Assembly: GCA_963810275.1 (NCBI GenBank)
Contig: CAWENF010000021.1
Span: 96,001 to 160,000, forward strand
Direction of reading: 5' to 3'
Source: an uncultured archaeon
GTDB taxonomy: Archaea; Thermoproteota; Bathyarchaeia; Bathyarchaeales; Bathycorpusculaceae
DNA length: 64,000 bases
Positions 8,651-18,540 of the stretch are shown piece by piece. The first letter of the stretch is position 1. Every line of letters begins with the position of its first letter. The translations under genes and the position numbers were made by a program. The notes beneath the pieces were generated by a model. The model searched no databases, had not been told where the DNA came from, and saw only the letters and a list, made by a program, of their open reading frames with translations.

Positions 8651-9679
8651 ATGAAACAGGTTTCTAAAAACTTAATCTCTAAAAAAAATGCACCTCACGT
8701 TTCGGAAAACTTGCGGATGGGCTTTAGGGTCTACAACGGGTTGATTTCAAATCTATGTGGTCATAAGGTTCCTTTTTTTTGCGGCCATAAATTAACCTAC
8801 AACTGTAATTTAAAATGTAAAATGTGTCCCTTTTGGAAGCGCATCAGTCCGGATTCCAGCTTAGAGCAGGAAAAAGCGATTCTAAAACAGATCTACAATT
8901 CGGGAGCTTGCGGAGTCGCCTTTGAAGGGGGCGAACCACTTCTTAGACGTGATCTGGTAGACATTCTTGCTTTTTCCCGGTCTCTGCCTTTGCATACAAG
9001 TCTAATAACAAACGGCACTCTGCTTAAATCCAGAATCAATGAGATAGCTCCCTACATTAATGGCGTCGTTTATGTTTCGTTGGATGGCTTAGAGAAGACC
9101 CATGATGCAATACGAGGGCTAAATGGATGTTTCAAGAAAGCAGTAGATGGCATAAATGCGGCAAAACAAAAAATTCCCGTAACCATCAACGCTACGGTGA
9201 TGGCTGAAAACGTTGACGAAATTGAAAGCTTGGTAGAGTTGGCTAAAGATTTGGGGGTAAAAATTTCTGTAGCTGTAGCCCATGAATACTGCAATTCCAA
9301 TGCTTCTTCCCCTACCCTTGACAGAACAGCCGAAATAGCGCATAGACTCATGGAAATGAAACGGCTAGGTTACCCCATAGTCAATTCAATCAATTACCTA
9401 AAAGTTGTGGCTAAAGAGAAAAACTGGAAGTGCAAACCATGGACTATGATAAACATTGACCCCGAAGGGAAGGTGGTTTTGCCCTGCTATGTGCACAACG
9501 ATTACGCGAGTAGTGTTTCTATCTTTGAAAACGGCATTAAAAATGCGCTTTCTGGATTTGAATGGAAAAAAATAGAAAACTGTCAAAAGTGCAGTTTACA
9601 CTGCTACGTTGAGCCTTCGCTTGTGCTTTCCAAAGATATTAGTGCTTACATGCACTGGGCATTCCACGTTAGCATCTAA
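8651..9679 (+). CDS. Radical SAM protein, PTO1314-family-like
   Basis: CNLKCKMC, FEGGEPLLR, SLDG...HDAIRG, and a Cys-rich C-terminal extension (CKPW..PCY..CQKCSLHC). Confidence 0.9.
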   Translation: MKQVSKNLISKKNAPHVSENLRMGFRVYNGLISNLCGHKVPFFCGHKLTYNCNLKCKMCPFWKRISPDSSLEQEKAILKQIYNSGACGVAFEGGEPLLRRDLVDILAFSRSLPLHTSLITNGTLLKSRINEIAPYINGVVYVSLDGLEKTHDAIRGLNGCFKKAVDGINAAKQKIPVTINATVMAENVDEIESLVELAKDLGVKISVAVAHEYCNSNASSPTLDRTAEIAHRLMEMKRLGYPIVNSINYLKVVAKEKNWKCKPWTMINIDPEGKVVLPCYVHNDYASSVSIFENGIKNALSGFEWKKIENCQKCSLHCYVEPSLVLSKDISAYMHWAFHVSI

Positions 9680-9689
9680 AGACCACCAC

Positions 9690-10178
9690 TCAAGCCCTGA
9701 CTGTTGGGATTAAGTAAGAATCTGCGAGTTGCTTCTGTTTTGTAGTAAGGTGTAAGCCCTTGCACAATTGATCTAAAATTTCTCTAAGCTCTTCAGCCTT
9801 ATCCTCCGGCATTTGCATAGTCGGACTCTTTCTTTCATAAGCCTCTAAAATAATTGTTAGTTGATCTATGTATTTTCTGTTTGCCATGATGTTTAATCGT
9901 TTCTTTCTAAAATTTTTCATCCATTCTGAAACGTTCTGTTCCGTTAAACGATCAATGCAAACATTTCCAACATGTAGTGTGTGAACTTCATCGCTTTTAA
10001 TGATTGAAATCTCCCATTCGGGATAACCTCCACACACATCACATCTCATTGTTGGTGTTGCAACATAATTATCGATTAAACGATATACCTTGTTCTTGTA
10101 CCTAAACGAGGGAATTCGCCGCAAATAAGTAGCGACCTCCCTATTCAACTCCAATAGAACCTCATCAGTTTTTGGCAT
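9690..10178 (-). CDS. Hypothetical protein with CxxC...GxxC zinc-binding motif
   Basis: Start MPKTDE after AGGAG; RCDVCG...HVGNVCID. Confidence 0.75.
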   Translation of the reverse strand: MPKTDEVLLELNREVATYLRRIPSFRYKNKVYRLIDNYVATPTMRCDVCGGYPEWEISIIKSDEVHTLHVGNVCIDRLTEQNVSEWMKNFRKKRLNIMANRKYIDQLTIILEAYERKSPTMQMPEDKAEELREILDQLCKGLHLTTKQKQLADSYLIPTVRA

Positions 10179-10437
10179 ATTTAGCGCTCCTATTTTGAAA
10201 TTAATTCTGTGAGCAAACAAAATATTTTTCCTTTGGCTGCTATTATTTCTCAATTGATTGTTAATAAAGTTCTCGTTACCCTTAATTGTGCTTATAGTTC
10301 GTTCATTAACTGACAACAAATTGTCTATTTAACAAGGAAACTTTACGATTTTTGATTTAAAAACTAGACATTGAAAAAGGAATTTTGAGGCATCTCTAAA
10401 AAGTTGAAAGTCACAACAGATCAAAGATTTCTAATTC

Positions 10438-10848
10438 CTACTTGACTATTGTAAATATAAGGATGAATTTTGTATCTTTTTCTTATTCTCCTTCAAAATG
10501 TAACGTTCCACCCATTGCTGCATTAATTTTTTTCACACTGCTAAGCCAATTTCTTGACATTTAGCTTTAGTATTGAAAATAGGGGCCGAAATCTATGCTT
10601 TAACCTCTTCACATATTGTGGTCAACCGTATTCCCTATAGTAATTAAAGACTTATCTTGCTGGTAGGAAGCGCTAACAGTTGGCTTTCCCTTCACTGGGC
10701 ATCGCTTGCAAAGCATTAGAAACAAGGTTAATTAATATCTTTACATAGCTGATGATCAAGTTTCAATTTGGGAAAGTCTGTCTACAAGAATTGAAGCAAC
10801 TATTTCCTTAGGTATAGTAATAGAGTATAAAACGTCTTGAAATAGTTT
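10438..10848 (-). pseudogene. Histidine kinase HATPase-domain pseudogene
   Basis: Fragments across frames: KILINLVSNALQAMPSEGK (N box), EEVKA*ISAPIFNTKAKCQEIGLAV* (F/G2 boxes), AMGGTLHFEGE*EKDTKFIL. Multiple stops and frameshifts. Confidence 0.85.
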
Positions 10849-10934
10849 GACAACGCAACTTATATCCCTTAAATTATCGAATTAAGTGCGAGAAATTTAC
10901 ACCTGAGTTCGATTATAAATGCAGAGGTTTACTG

Positions 10935-11021
10935 GGGCGCTGAAGAGATTCAAGGAGAAACTTGCAAACCGCGACTCTGTAACTATTATCGCGCTTCAGC
11001 GCCCACTCAGCCCGCTTTTTT
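10935..11021 (+). ncRNA. Candidate structured small RNA or miniature element (three-way junction)
   Basis: Perfect 11-bp terminal inverted repeat (10935-10945/10994-11004) enclosing two hairpins. TATA-like TTATAAAT upstream and T6 downstream. Strand uncertain. Confidence 0.35.
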
Positions 11022-11030
11022 ACGTTTTCA

Positions 11031-11056
11031 GGGAAAACAAAAAAGAAAAGGGAAGG
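11031..11056 (-). terminator. Pyrimidine/oligo-T terminator of the propeller gene
   Basis: Minus strand CCTTCCCTTTTCTTTTTTGTTTTCCC about 20 nt past the stop. Confidence 0.6.
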
Positions 11057-11076
11057 ATGTTTTGGGTTTTTTCGGT

Positions 11077-13671
11077 TTATGCCTTTTTCAGGATAAGTAC
11101 ACCGACGACTGCGATTGCAATGATAATTGCAATTGCTGCTGCCACGATGTAGGTCATGAGATCGGCTGTTGTTGCTACGTTATTTATTGGGGTAGCTGTT
11201 GGTGCTGGAGTCACTATGTCTGAAGCGTAGAATGAGGTTTCTGCTGATGAGCCGAAGTAGCCGTTTGAGCCTTCAAAGACTGCATAGACTTGGTATGCTC
11301 CTGCGATGTCTGGTGCCCAATTGAGTGTGAACATACCGCTTGCATCGGTTGTTGTGGACCCAATTGTTCTGTAGTTACCATTTGCGTCCATAACATAGAC
11401 AGTAACTGGAACACCTGTTAAGTCGGTTGGTAGTGGTTGGTCTTCGTATAGTGCCGCCATGAAGTCGCTCATGCTTGCGTCTGAGACTGCTGGAACGCCA
11501 TTGGGATAACGCATTGCTTGCTCATTTTGATTAGTGCCTGCAGAGATATCAGTGACTGAACCACGGATAGTGATATATTCGCATACTGCTGCGCCAACAT
11601 CAGGAGCTGAAACAGTAGTCTTGGTTGGGCCTTTACCAACAGTGTAGAGTTGACTGTCATAGCAGTTATACATTACACCGTAGCCATCAGCCATAGGGAA
11701 TGATTGCATAGAGTTACCCAGACCACAAGCTGACCAGTCAAGCAAAGTCCAAAGTTCCTCACCAGTAGTAGCGTTTAGCGCTCGTGTTAGTGCTCCGCCA
11801 TAGAGTGGGTTTGAAGGTGAGTGCTCACCAGTGAAAGTGTAGAGTACGCCGTTGCCGAATGCTGCGATTTGTGTTGGGTAGTTGCCCCAAGGTCCGTTGT
11901 CTGCCATGTTAGTAGAGTTGCCTTCGCCGCCGTTGCCATAGGTCCACTGTAGGCTGCCGTCAAGCATAGAGTATGCATAGACGATACCGCCATATCCAGA
12001 GACATACAGATTACCGTTGTAAGGTACACCTGAGCGTGAGCTGTAGTATTGGAATCCATATTGTTCACCAAGAGGACCCCAAAGCTTCTCGCCGGTTGTT
12101 AGGCTGTAGCCTAAACGTTGGCCTGTTTCTGCGATTGTCATGGCAAAGGTCATTGTTGTTGGGTCAATTGGGTAGGTTGTGAACATTTGTGTTTGGTTGT
12201 TTGCTGGTGCATCGTACTGCTTCTTCCATAGTAGGTTGCCGCGTGAGTTAGCATCGTCGCTTAGCGCCCAGATTGTCCATGGATCATGGTTGGGTCTTGG
12301 CTGTGAAGTTGTTGCTAGACTGCTGCTTGCACCAAGAATTGCATTGCCTTCAACTACACCGATGATGCTTGGGTTTGTATCGCCAACAAGATCAGCGGTA
12401 ATAGTTTGGTTCCAGCTATAGCAAACATCAGAGGTGCCATCAAATACGCGTCCAGGTGCTGCCCAGACATCAATTGAGCTAGTGCTGCCGAAAAGTTTTG
12501 TCATGTTCCAAAGAGCTAGCCAGCCGGATTTTGCGGTTTGGTCGTAGTTGAGTTCGTAGATGAGCATGTCTCCGCCGTTCGTCATAACTTGCGCTCCGGA
12601 TGGAACGTTTGTTATGTTGAAGACCCATTTGCCGTCAAATGCGTTATAACCAACCCATGTTGTTGGCTGTCCGCGTCCGCCTACAGCCTGCCAGAGTATT
12701 GCTCCGCCTGGACCGTAGCCGTTGGCTGACTTGTAGTTAGTCATTGTTGCAAATGTTGGGTAAATGTTGTCATTGCTCCAGATTTCTTTGCCGGTTAGCA
12801 AGTCAACTGCGACTTCACCGCCGCCGTAGCCGCTATAGCCGGATGGTTTCTGGTAGTAGAGAACGCCATTAATAATGATCGGGTTTTGGAAACGAATGTT
12901 GTATGCCATGCCAGAATAGTATGCACCAGGTTCGTCAGCAGGTAATTGTGGTTCAGAGATCGTGCTGCCAAGTGAGCCACCAAACTCAACCGGTTTAGTC
13001 CACATAACGTGGGAAGTTAGAGGAACTGCGCCATTGTATTGGATGTAGCTTTGTGGTAGTGACATTAAGCTAGAGGATTGTGCAGATCCGCCTAGCCAGT
13101 TAGAGCCGATGGTTAATGCAGCAAAGGTATTTAGGTTCTGGTTTATTGGTCTAGCCCAGTACTCAGTTGGAAGTGGATTTTGTGGTAATATATTTACTGG
13201 TTCTTCTTGTACAACCCATTGGTATGTTGCGTTGGCTGGTGTGTAGTAGTCACCTTCGTAGGCGCCGCCGAAGTCGTAGGTTTGGCCTGGGAATAAGAAG
13301 GTAATATTGTAGGTGCCGACTTGTTCTGGTGTGTAAGGAAGTGCCTGTGCAGAAGTAGTGTCCTTAACTGTGTCGAATGTGAAAGTTTCTTCTGTACCGT
13401 CGGGAGCGGTTATGATGAATTTGTAGTTTTCAAAACGAACATCGTTGAATGCATTTGCCCCACCAATAACATAGTTAAGCCAACCGTAGATTAACCCGCT
13501 TTGACCAACACCGACAGGTGAAGGTGAAGCGAAGCAGTAAGCGACAGGTGTTATTTCCCATGCTGGGGTATGTGCTGAAGCTGTGCTATTTGTGAATAGT
13601 GCGCCGCAGATTGAGACTGATAGAATCGATATTATAACAATAGCTAGTGTTTTATTTTTTGATATATGCAT
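11077..13671 (-). CDS. Large secreted, C-terminally anchored PQQ-like beta-propeller protein
   Basis: Signal peptide (MHISKNK..hydrophobic..ASA) after an AGGAG SD; repeated 'A.D..TG..LW' propeller motifs; Ig-like ends; Thr/Pro linker; C-terminal TM helix followed by KKA. Confidence 0.9.
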   Translation of the reverse strand: MHISKNKTLAIVIISILSVSICGALFTNSTASAHTPAWEITPVAYCFASPSPVGVGQSGLIYGWLNYVIGGANAFNDVRFENYKFIITAPDGTEETFTFDTVKDTTSAQALPYTPEQVGTYNITFLFPGQTYDFGGAYEGDYYTPANATYQWVVQEEPVNILPQNPLPTEYWARPINQNLNTFAALTIGSNWLGGSAQSSSLMSLPQSYIQYNGAVPLTSHVMWTKPVEFGGSLGSTISEPQLPADEPGAYYSGMAYNIRFQNPIIINGVLYYQKPSGYSGYGGGEVAVDLLTGKEIWSNDNIYPTFATMTNYKSANGYGPGGAILWQAVGGRGQPTTWVGYNAFDGKWVFNITNVPSGAQVMTNGGDMLIYELNYDQTAKSGWLALWNMTKLFGSTSSIDVWAAPGRVFDGTSDVCYSWNQTITADLVGDTNPSIIGVVEGNAILGASSSLATTSQPRPNHDPWTIWALSDDANSRGNLLWKKQYDAPANNQTQMFTTYPIDPTTMTFAMTIAETGQRLGYSLTTGEKLWGPLGEQYGFQYYSSRSGVPYNGNLYVSGYGGIVYAYSMLDGSLQWTYGNGGEGNSTNMADNGPWGNYPTQIAAFGNGVLYTFTGEHSPSNPLYGGALTRALNATTGEELWTLLDWSACGLGNSMQSFPMADGYGVMYNCYDSQLYTVGKGPTKTTVSAPDVGAAVCEYITIRGSVTDISAGTNQNEQAMRYPNGVPAVSDASMSDFMAALYEDQPLPTDLTGVPVTVYVMDANGNYRTIGSTTTDASGMFTLNWAPDIAGAYQVYAVFEGSNGYFGSSAETSFYASDIVTPAPTATPINNVATTADLMTYIVAAAIAIIIAIAVVGVLILKKA

Positions 13672-13809
13672 TTTTCTTTCTCCTAATTTCGACATTGGTT
13701 TCTTCACGGAAGATTTTTCAATGCCTTTGCCCAACGAAATTCACAAGAACCTAATAAGATGGTGTTGGTTGGTTACCCTACAACAGGCATTCTTGCTTAA
13801 TTGCACATT

Positions 13810-13834
13810 ATGCCCTAATGTACGTTAGGTGCAT
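13810..13834. promoter_or_regulatory. Palindromic candidate operator between the divergent propeller and TrmB genes
   Basis: ATGC-CCTAATGTACGTTAGG-T-GCAT near-perfect dyad immediately before TTTTATATATT. Confidence 0.45.
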
Positions 13835-13890
13835 CCATTTTATATATTAAAACCTAGCACTCAAGGATAAGCATAAGGAGTAAGATAGAC

Positions 13891-14766
13891 ATGGGTATGC
13901 AAGAAAAAGGGGATAACATAAACACGCTTGTGGAATTGGGGCTTACCAAAACACAGGCAAGAATCTATCTTACATTGGCAGAAAGAGGAATCTTATCCAT
14001 AAGACTGGTCGCAGAATACTCAGGTGTTGGCCGCCCAGAAACATACCGGGCAATGCTTGAACTTAACCATCGGGGACTAGCTGAAATGATTCTGTCGTCT
14101 CCAACAACATATAAACCGCTTCCAATACCCGATGCAGTAAATCTTTTAATGGAACAAAAACAGCAAGCGATATCGCAGTTAAAAGAAAAAACGAAAAAGC
14201 TTCTTGAAGATCATAAAAAGGAGACGATAAACCAAGCATCACTTGTTGAAAGAGAATTTGTTCTACTACCAAAAGGAAAAAGCGGCATCAATAAAGCAAT
14301 AGCAGCCATAAAAGCCGCTCAGTCGACTATAGAATTTATTATTTCAATAAAGAAGTTTAATCAATTACTTGTGATAGCAAGTGATGACTTAATTGAATCA
14401 GCTAAACGCGGCGTAAAAATATATCTTATTGTGGACAAAAACAACCTCAATAAATCATTATCAAAAATATTCAACAAATTATGCACTAATGCCTCCTTCA
14501 AATACATCGATAAGTTACCTAAGCCGTTTACAGCAGTATTTGATAATACAACTATTCTAATGGAAACTGCAGAAAACGATTTTTGTCAATCAACAATGCT
14601 TTGGTCTAATAATATTGTGTTTGTTGATACTATCCATAATTACTTCAAAGTTCTTTGGTCTTGCAACCAATCAAAAATGTTCAAACCTATGGTTGAATCT
14701 TTGGAAGGAGAAAAGTTTGAAATAGCTGATTTTCAACATGAAAGTTTAGACAATCCACTAAACTGA
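13891..14766 (+). CDS. TrmB-family transcriptional regulator
   Basis: LVELGLTKTQARIYLTL...SGVGRPETYR..L..RGL HTH followed by a PLD-like effector domain. Confidence 0.9.
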   Translation: MGMQEKGDNINTLVELGLTKTQARIYLTLAERGILSIRLVAEYSGVGRPETYRAMLELNHRGLAEMILSSPTTYKPLPIPDAVNLLMEQKQQAISQLKEKTKKLLEDHKKETINQASLVEREFVLLPKGKSGINKAIAAIKAAQSTIEFIISIKKFNQLLVIASDDLIESAKRGVKIYLIVDKNNLNKSLSKIFNKLCTNASFKYIDKLPKPFTAVFDNTTILMETAENDFCQSTMLWSNNIVFVDTIHNYFKVLWSCNQSKMFKPMVESLEGEKFEIADFQHESLDNPLN

Positions 14767-15036
14767 GAGACCCATGCGTCTGAGAAACTCGTTTGTCTTA
14801 CGTATTTGAGCAAGACAGTTTAGTCCTTTCTCAGTTATTATAAGACCTTCGTTTGTTTTCTGAATTAATTCTAAAACTAAGAAATTATCTATGATTTTTT
14901 GGAATCTATCATAGGGAAGGTTGGCGCGGTGTGCAACCCTGGTAGGGCTAGCGCTACCAGAGTGTCCACCCTCATGATATATACTGTCGAGGATAGCAGA
15001 GTATATGTCTACTTTACTACGCTTGTTACCCGTCAA
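14758..15036 (-). CDS. Small winged-helix DNA-binding protein
   Basis: KRSKVDIYSAIL...PTRVAHRANLPYDR...ITEKG. Confidence 0.85.
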   Translation of the reverse strand: MTGNKRSKVDIYSAILDSIYHEGGHSGSASPTRVAHRANLPYDRFQKIIDNFLVLELIQKTNEGLIITEKGLNCLAQIRKTNEFLRRMGLSV

Positions 15037-15739
15037 CCATTACTGACTCCTTACTCGCCAAGTAATATATCCTGATGAATAGCAGCAAACTGACAACTCG
15101 TGCAACTTGAGATGAAATCAAGCAAGCTTCACCACCTCCGTCTATATCCCAGATTAAGAAACAAAATTGGCATAGCCAGAGTAAACCAAAAGCTAAGGGT
15201 GCACTTATTAACCCGGACACGCTGCCAGAATTATTCTCAAACTTTCGGGTTATAAAGAAAAGGATGTATGACACCAAAAAGAGGTTAGCTACAGTAAATA
15301 TTATGTTATCAGAGTAAATGCCGGGCAATCCAGTTGGGCTAAGGAGCACTAAGAGCCCGAAGATGCAGATTACGGCAGCAATTGACCATCCGGAGATGTC
15401 CACAATCGTATGCTTTGTGTTCTTTGGCGTTTTGTTAGAGAGGAAATATGAGAAAGCGATTAGGGTGAACCCCCAAGTCTGTGTGACTACACGCACCCAC
15501 ATTAGTGAGGGGGATAAAGTCATCACATACGGATACAAAAGGTGTAGAAACAGAAAAAAGTAAGATATCGCCAGAAACAGGAAACCAATGGGTACCGCAA
15601 GCAAGTATAGGGAGCGTTGTGTTCGGTAAACTCTTAGGAATAGGTAGAAAAGAACACTTGCTAAAACAACCGAGATAGCCCCAATGGTGATGTGCACTTC
15701 ATTCAACAATAGCCAATGTGCCCCAGCGAAATTGAGCAT
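15026..15739 (-). CDS. Seven-TM membrane protein (stand-alone sensor-like domain)
   Basis: About seven hydrophobic segments. The stop overlaps the start of the wHTH gene. Confidence 0.75.
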   Translation of the reverse strand: MLNFAGAHWLLLNEVHITIGAISVVLASVLFYLFLRVYRTQRSLYLLAVPIGFLFLAISYFFLFLHLLYPYVMTLSPSLMWVRVVTQTWGFTLIAFSYFLSNKTPKNTKHTIVDISGWSIAAVICIFGLLVLLSPTGLPGIYSDNIIFTVANLFLVSYILFFITRKFENNSGSVSGLISAPLAFGLLWLCQFCFLIWDIDGGGEACLISSQVARVVSLLLFIRIYYLASKESVMVDG

Positions 15740-15862
15740 TATTCAATTTAAGCTTGTTTATAAATTAACAAAACGACTTCCACCTCTCCGTGGATGTATT
15801 TTTGGTTAAAGCCGATTTGGTAAAGTTATAATTAAAAAGAGGTAAATACAAGTCTCTACAGA

Positions 15863-17239
15863 TTAAGAGGAAAAGAATTTTCGCAATTCCTCAATTTTGT
15901 GTATCTCTATAGAGTTACTGGCATGCTCCCTAATTGTTCGCTCACCAGCAGTAAACAACACCGTCTCTTTATCAGCGATTAAATTCATTTCGCATAATTT
16001 TTGAGCAACCGCTGAAATCCTGTCTTTTTCATTTAAGTAATCGATTAAAACTGGCTTAACGCCAAAGACTAACTCCAACTGTTTTTTAACTTTTATGTCG
16101 GGAGTGACAGCAATTATTGGTTGCGTAATTTTTAAGCGTGCTATCATACGAGCGGTGTAGCCAGTCTTAGTTAAAGTAATAACACTATCAAGGGGCATAC
16201 TTTGGCATATTCCCTGTATTGCCTTGCTTATTGTGTCTGAGATGTTTATGAAGCGGGTACCTTCAACTTTGCTTTTAACTGCTGTTTCTGTTTCGTGCGC
16301 TATACGCGCCATCATATCAACCGCTTCGACAGGATATTGACCAATAGCAGTCTCTCCGGAGAGCATAACTGCATCTGAACCATCCAAGATTGCATTTGCT
16401 ACGTCGCTGACTTCAGCTCTTGTTGGAGTTGGCTGATGAATCATTGACTCCAGCATCTCAGTAGCTGTTACCACTAACTTGCCCCTTTGGTTACATTGTT
16501 TTATAAGGGATTTCTGTACAAGCGGAACTTTTTCGGGCTCTATCTCGATACCTAAGTCGCCTCTTGCAACCATTATCCCTGTTGCAGCTTCTAGAATTTC
16601 AGCAGCATTTTTGACGCCCTCTGAATTTTCAATTTTAGCAATTATGCCGCCTTCGAACCCGTGAGTTTGCGAAAGCTCTTCGACGTCTTTTGCATTTCTA
16701 GTAAAAGAAAGCGCAGCATATTCGACGGTGTGCTTCTTTGCAAAACGCAAAACTTCAAGATCTTTCTGAGATAGAGTTGCAACAGAAAGGTGCTTATTAG
16801 GAATGTTAACACCTTTGCCGTCTGCTATTACGCCACCAGTTAAAACGCGTAAATGTAGCTTTCGATTATCTTTTTCAACGATTACTGTTTTGATCTTTCC
16901 GTTATCGATGAAGATAACGTCGTTAACGTCTACTTGTTCATAAAAATCATGGTTAAAACCAGTCTCTTCCCCTCCGAAACCGACTTCAAATATGTCATCT
17001 CTATTGAGGTTTTTTGGCACTGTTGCTCTTAGTCTAATTTCAGGACCCTTGAGATCAAGAATTATTGGAATCTCGGCTACTTCACGAACACTTTCAATAA
17101 TTGACTGATACTGCTCAAAGTTTCCATAGGCAGTATTTATTCGCACTCCATTGATGCCTAAACAGAACATTTTTTTGATGGTTTCTTTTTGAAAGCTTAA
17201 AGGTCCAATTGTGCAAATAATCTTTGTCTTCTTAAACAA
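15863..17239 (-). CDS. pyk: Pyruvate kinase
   Basis: KTKIICTIGP, IIAKIEN, MVARGDLG, PTRAEVSDVANA, MLSGETA. TTG start after GGTGA. Confidence 0.97.
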   Translation of the reverse strand: MFKKTKIICTIGPLSFQKETIKKMFCLGINGVRINTAYGNFEQYQSIIESVREVAEIPIILDLKGPEIRLRATVPKNLNRDDIFEVGFGGEETGFNHDFYEQVDVNDVIFIDNGKIKTVIVEKDNRKLHLRVLTGGVIADGKGVNIPNKHLSVATLSQKDLEVLRFAKKHTVEYAALSFTRNAKDVEELSQTHGFEGGIIAKIENSEGVKNAAEILEAATGIMVARGDLGIEIEPEKVPLVQKSLIKQCNQRGKLVVTATEMLESMIHQPTPTRAEVSDVANAILDGSDAVMLSGETAIGQYPVEAVDMMARIAHETETAVKSKVEGTRFINISDTISKAIQGICQSMPLDSVITLTKTGYTARMIARLKITQPIIAVTPDIKVKKQLELVFGVKPVLIDYLNEKDRISAVAQKLCEMNLIADKETVLFTAGERTIREHASNSIEIHKIEELRKFFSS

Positions 17240-17810
17240 TACATCACCAGAATACAATTGATAGAGATATTTGTGAGAATTAAAAGATGGTGGTCAAAAG
17301 TTTAAACTAAACCATATTAGGCAACGCAAAAGAACATTCATTGAGTTAAACGCCAATAGACTTTGAAGATATTCATTCTTTTCTTGCAGGTACTTTGAGG
17401 TTCAGTTTTTTATTAGCGCCTTATATTGTTACTTCTGTGACTTCATTGTTTTTCGACTAATGTTTCTTATTCCAAAAAATTCGACTGAAGTTAAACGCTA
17501 ATTTTATCTGCATAGTTTAACTAAGAAATAAGGAATAGAATAATACATGATTTCTTTAGAACAGATATTTCGGTAGATTGGGCGCATTACACAAATACCA
17601 GCGACAAAAAAAGACCCTCTCGTAAATAGCAATCCTCTAAAATTTTATCATCAGCTGCTCAAAAGCTTTCAGAAACAAAAAGAGTGTTGTTAAGCAAGAA
17701 ATCAAACCGACAATAATTGATAATAAAAATACGGGTGTTCAAATAACATAAGCTCTTTTAAGTCACTAAGTTTAATCTAATTATATAACCAAATTTTTGG
17801 TGGAAAAAGT

Positions 17811-18539
17811 ATGGGTGTAGGCGACGATTTCCATAACCAAACTAAGCATACCCGTCTTAGCTTAAGAGGCAACGGTTTGGATTGGGTAAACAAGCCAGAG
17901 ACTTACAAGAAATATTCAGAAGCCAAAACCGTAAAACTCCCCAAAGAATACATACCGCAGAACCTACATATAGGAGAGATTTTGAGGAAGCGTAGAAGCA
18001 TCCGCACCTACTCCAAAAAACCCGTTGCGTTGGCGGAATTGTCGTTTCTGCTCTGGGCATCCACTGGCATCCAGCGCACTGAACACGGCATGGAGTTCCG
18101 AACAGCCCCCTCGGCAGGCGCACTCTACCCAGTTGAAACCTATCTCTGTGTAAACAACGTCGAAGGCTTAGAGCAGGGGATTTACCATTATAACATACAA
18201 GACCATACCCTTGAACTTCTAAAAGAAGGGTTTTTCGGGCAGAAACTGGCGGATGCTTCACTTGGGCAGTTAATGTTGGCGGAGGCCCCGGTGGTTTTTG
18301 TATGGACAGGTTTTTTTGAGCGATCAAAATGGAAGTATCGGCAGAGGGCTTACCGATATATTTACTTGGATGTGGGCATTGTTGGCGAGAACTTGGCGTT
18401 GGCGGCTGTGGGTATTGGTTTTGGCTCCTGTCAGGTCGGAGCGTTTTTTGATGACGAAATCAACGCCATCCTCGATGTGGATGGAACCTCTGAGAGCACG
18501 CTTTACTTAAGCGTGGCCGGACATCCACAACAACCTTAG
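17811..18539 (+). CDS. SagB/ThcOx-family nitroreductase-fold dehydrogenase
   Basis: RRSIR, RTAPSAGALYPVE, YRQRAYRYIYLDVG. Confidence 0.93.
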   Translation: MGVGDDFHNQTKHTRLSLRGNGLDWVNKPETYKKYSEAKTVKLPKEYIPQNLHIGEILRKRRSIRTYSKKPVALAELSFLLWASTGIQRTEHGMEFRTAPSAGALYPVETYLCVNNVEGLEQGIYHYNIQDHTLELLKEGFFGQKLADASLGQLMLAEAPVVFVWTGFFERSKWKYRQRAYRYIYLDVGIVGENLALAAVGIGFGSCQVGAFFDDEINAILDVDGTSESTLYLSVAGHPQQP

Positions 18540-18540
18540 C

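Noticed and set aside
10940-10964. Hammerhead ribozyme
   Set aside because: CTGAAGA and GAAA are present, but stem II does not pair and no stem III/UH cleavage site can be drawn.
17811-18539. RiPP (azole) biosynthetic cluster around the SagB-like gene
   Set aside because: No YcaO, precursor peptide or transporter nearby; stand-alone SagB-like genes are common in archaea.
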